Shown piece after piece: positions 31,202 to 32,000 of a DNA stretch of 32,000 bases. The stretch comes from Vibrio vulnificus CMCP6 (GTDB lineage: Bacteria; Pseudomonadota; Gammaproteobacteria; Enterobacterales; Vibrionaceae). Made by a program: the position numbers and the translations under genes. Each line of letters opens with the position of its first letter. Positions within the stretch are counted from its first letter, which is position 1. The notes below the pieces were generated by a model. The model was not told where the DNA came from. It worked only from the letters and a program-made list of their open reading frames with translations, and did not search any database. The DNA is taken from positions 1,020,001 to 1,052,000 of the forward strand of contig NC_004459.3 of NCBI RefSeq assembly GCF_000039765.1. Reading direction: 5' to 3'.

Positions 31202-31714
31202 TTAGCGCTGTTTCTCGTTAAAGCGTTTGATTTTGGCTAGCTTGTCTTGGATACGCTTGCGCTTTAGCGGTGATAGGTAGTCGACAAACAGCTTACCTTG
31301 CAGGTGATCCAATTCGTGTTGAATACAGATAGCCAGCAAATCATCGGCTTCGAGGGTAAATTCATGACCATCACGATCTAACGCTTTAACCGTGACTTCA
31401 GCGGCGCGTGGCACGAGTGCGCGGGCACCTGGGACCGATAGACAGCCCTCTTCAATGCCATCTTCGCCACGCTTTTCTAAAATTTCAGGATTGATTAACA
31501 CCATCGGCTCGTTACGGCTCTCAGAAATATCAATCACCACAATACGTTGATGGATGTCGACTTGCGTTGCGGCAAGGCCAATACCTTCTTCGTCATACAT
31601 GGTTTCAATCATGTCATCGACGATTTTTTGGATTTCTGGTGTCACCTTTTCAACCGGTTTGGCTACTGTACGAAGACGATCATCCGGGAATGTTAATACT
31701 TGTAATACAGACAT
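31202..31714 (-). CDS. def: Peptide deformylase
   Basis: [30 protein letters not shown] motifs. True start is ATG 31714 ([15 protein letters not shown]), not 31810. Confidence 0.96.
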   Translation of the reverse strand: MSVLQVLTFPDDRLRTVAKPVEKVTPEIQKIVDDMIETMYDEEGIGLAATQVDIHQRIVVIDISESRNEPMVLINPEILEKRGEDGIEEGCLSVPGARALVPRAAEVTVKALDRDGHEFTLEADDLLAICIQHELDHLQGKLFVDYLSPLKRKRIQDKLAKIKRFNEKQR

Positions 31715-31852
31715 ATGCACTCGAAATGTTGAACTGTGCCGAAACAGCACAAACCTTGTTGGCTCAATTCTAGACATTTTATAGCCTAAATGACAGCATC
31801 CTAGCAGCAATTTCCCATTTGTCGCTTCGCTAATCCATCTAGGAGTTAAGGC

Positions 31853-32000
31853 ATGAACTCAGTGCTGCAAGCCGCTTCACGCGCATTGTTACCCTTGTTG
31901 TTTAGTGTGAGTGTGGCTGCCCAGGAGTCGCCAGCTCCGTTAAACATCAAGCCAGACGCACCTCAAACTTATGTCGTCGTAAAAGGAGATACCCTTTGGG
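31853..32000 (+). CDS. Secreted LysM-domain protein (3' truncated by window)
   Basis: AGGAG then ATG; [49 protein letters not shown]: signal peptide plus start of LysM (YVVKGDTLW). Divergent from def. Confidence 0.8.
   Translation, partial: MNSVLQAASRALLPLLFSVSVAAQESPAPLNIKPDAPQTYVVVKGDTLW

Overview
This window is conserved core chromosome from a Vibrio-like gammaproteobacterium. In order it carries: the 3' part of the atp operon (atpA partial, atpG, atpD, atpC); glmU; a divergent pair made of an amino-acid ABC permease and a PheC-like periplasmic binding protein; a divergent punC/punR-like pair; an intact ilvGMEDA operon on the minus strand, with a leader peptide and attenuator missing from the ORF track; comM; a DUF2860 outer-membrane protein; a yihG-like acyltransferase; dsbA-srkA-ccoG-yihD; an unlisted 55-aa small ORF; a Spo0M-family gene; a hemolysin III/YqfA (TrhA) family gene preceded by a perfect 22-bp FabR-like palindrome; trkH-trkA-rsmB-fmt-def; and the start of a divergent LysM-domain gene. 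I saw no mobile element, CRISPR array, rRNA/tRNA, phage or obvious defence cassette, and I cannot support a claim of a wholly new biological system. The most worthwhile items are the ilv attenuator, the FabR-like operator, the 55-aa small ORF with its own terminator and a structured intergenic region upstream, a permease with a lipoprotein-like N-terminus, and a few non-terminator hairpins.
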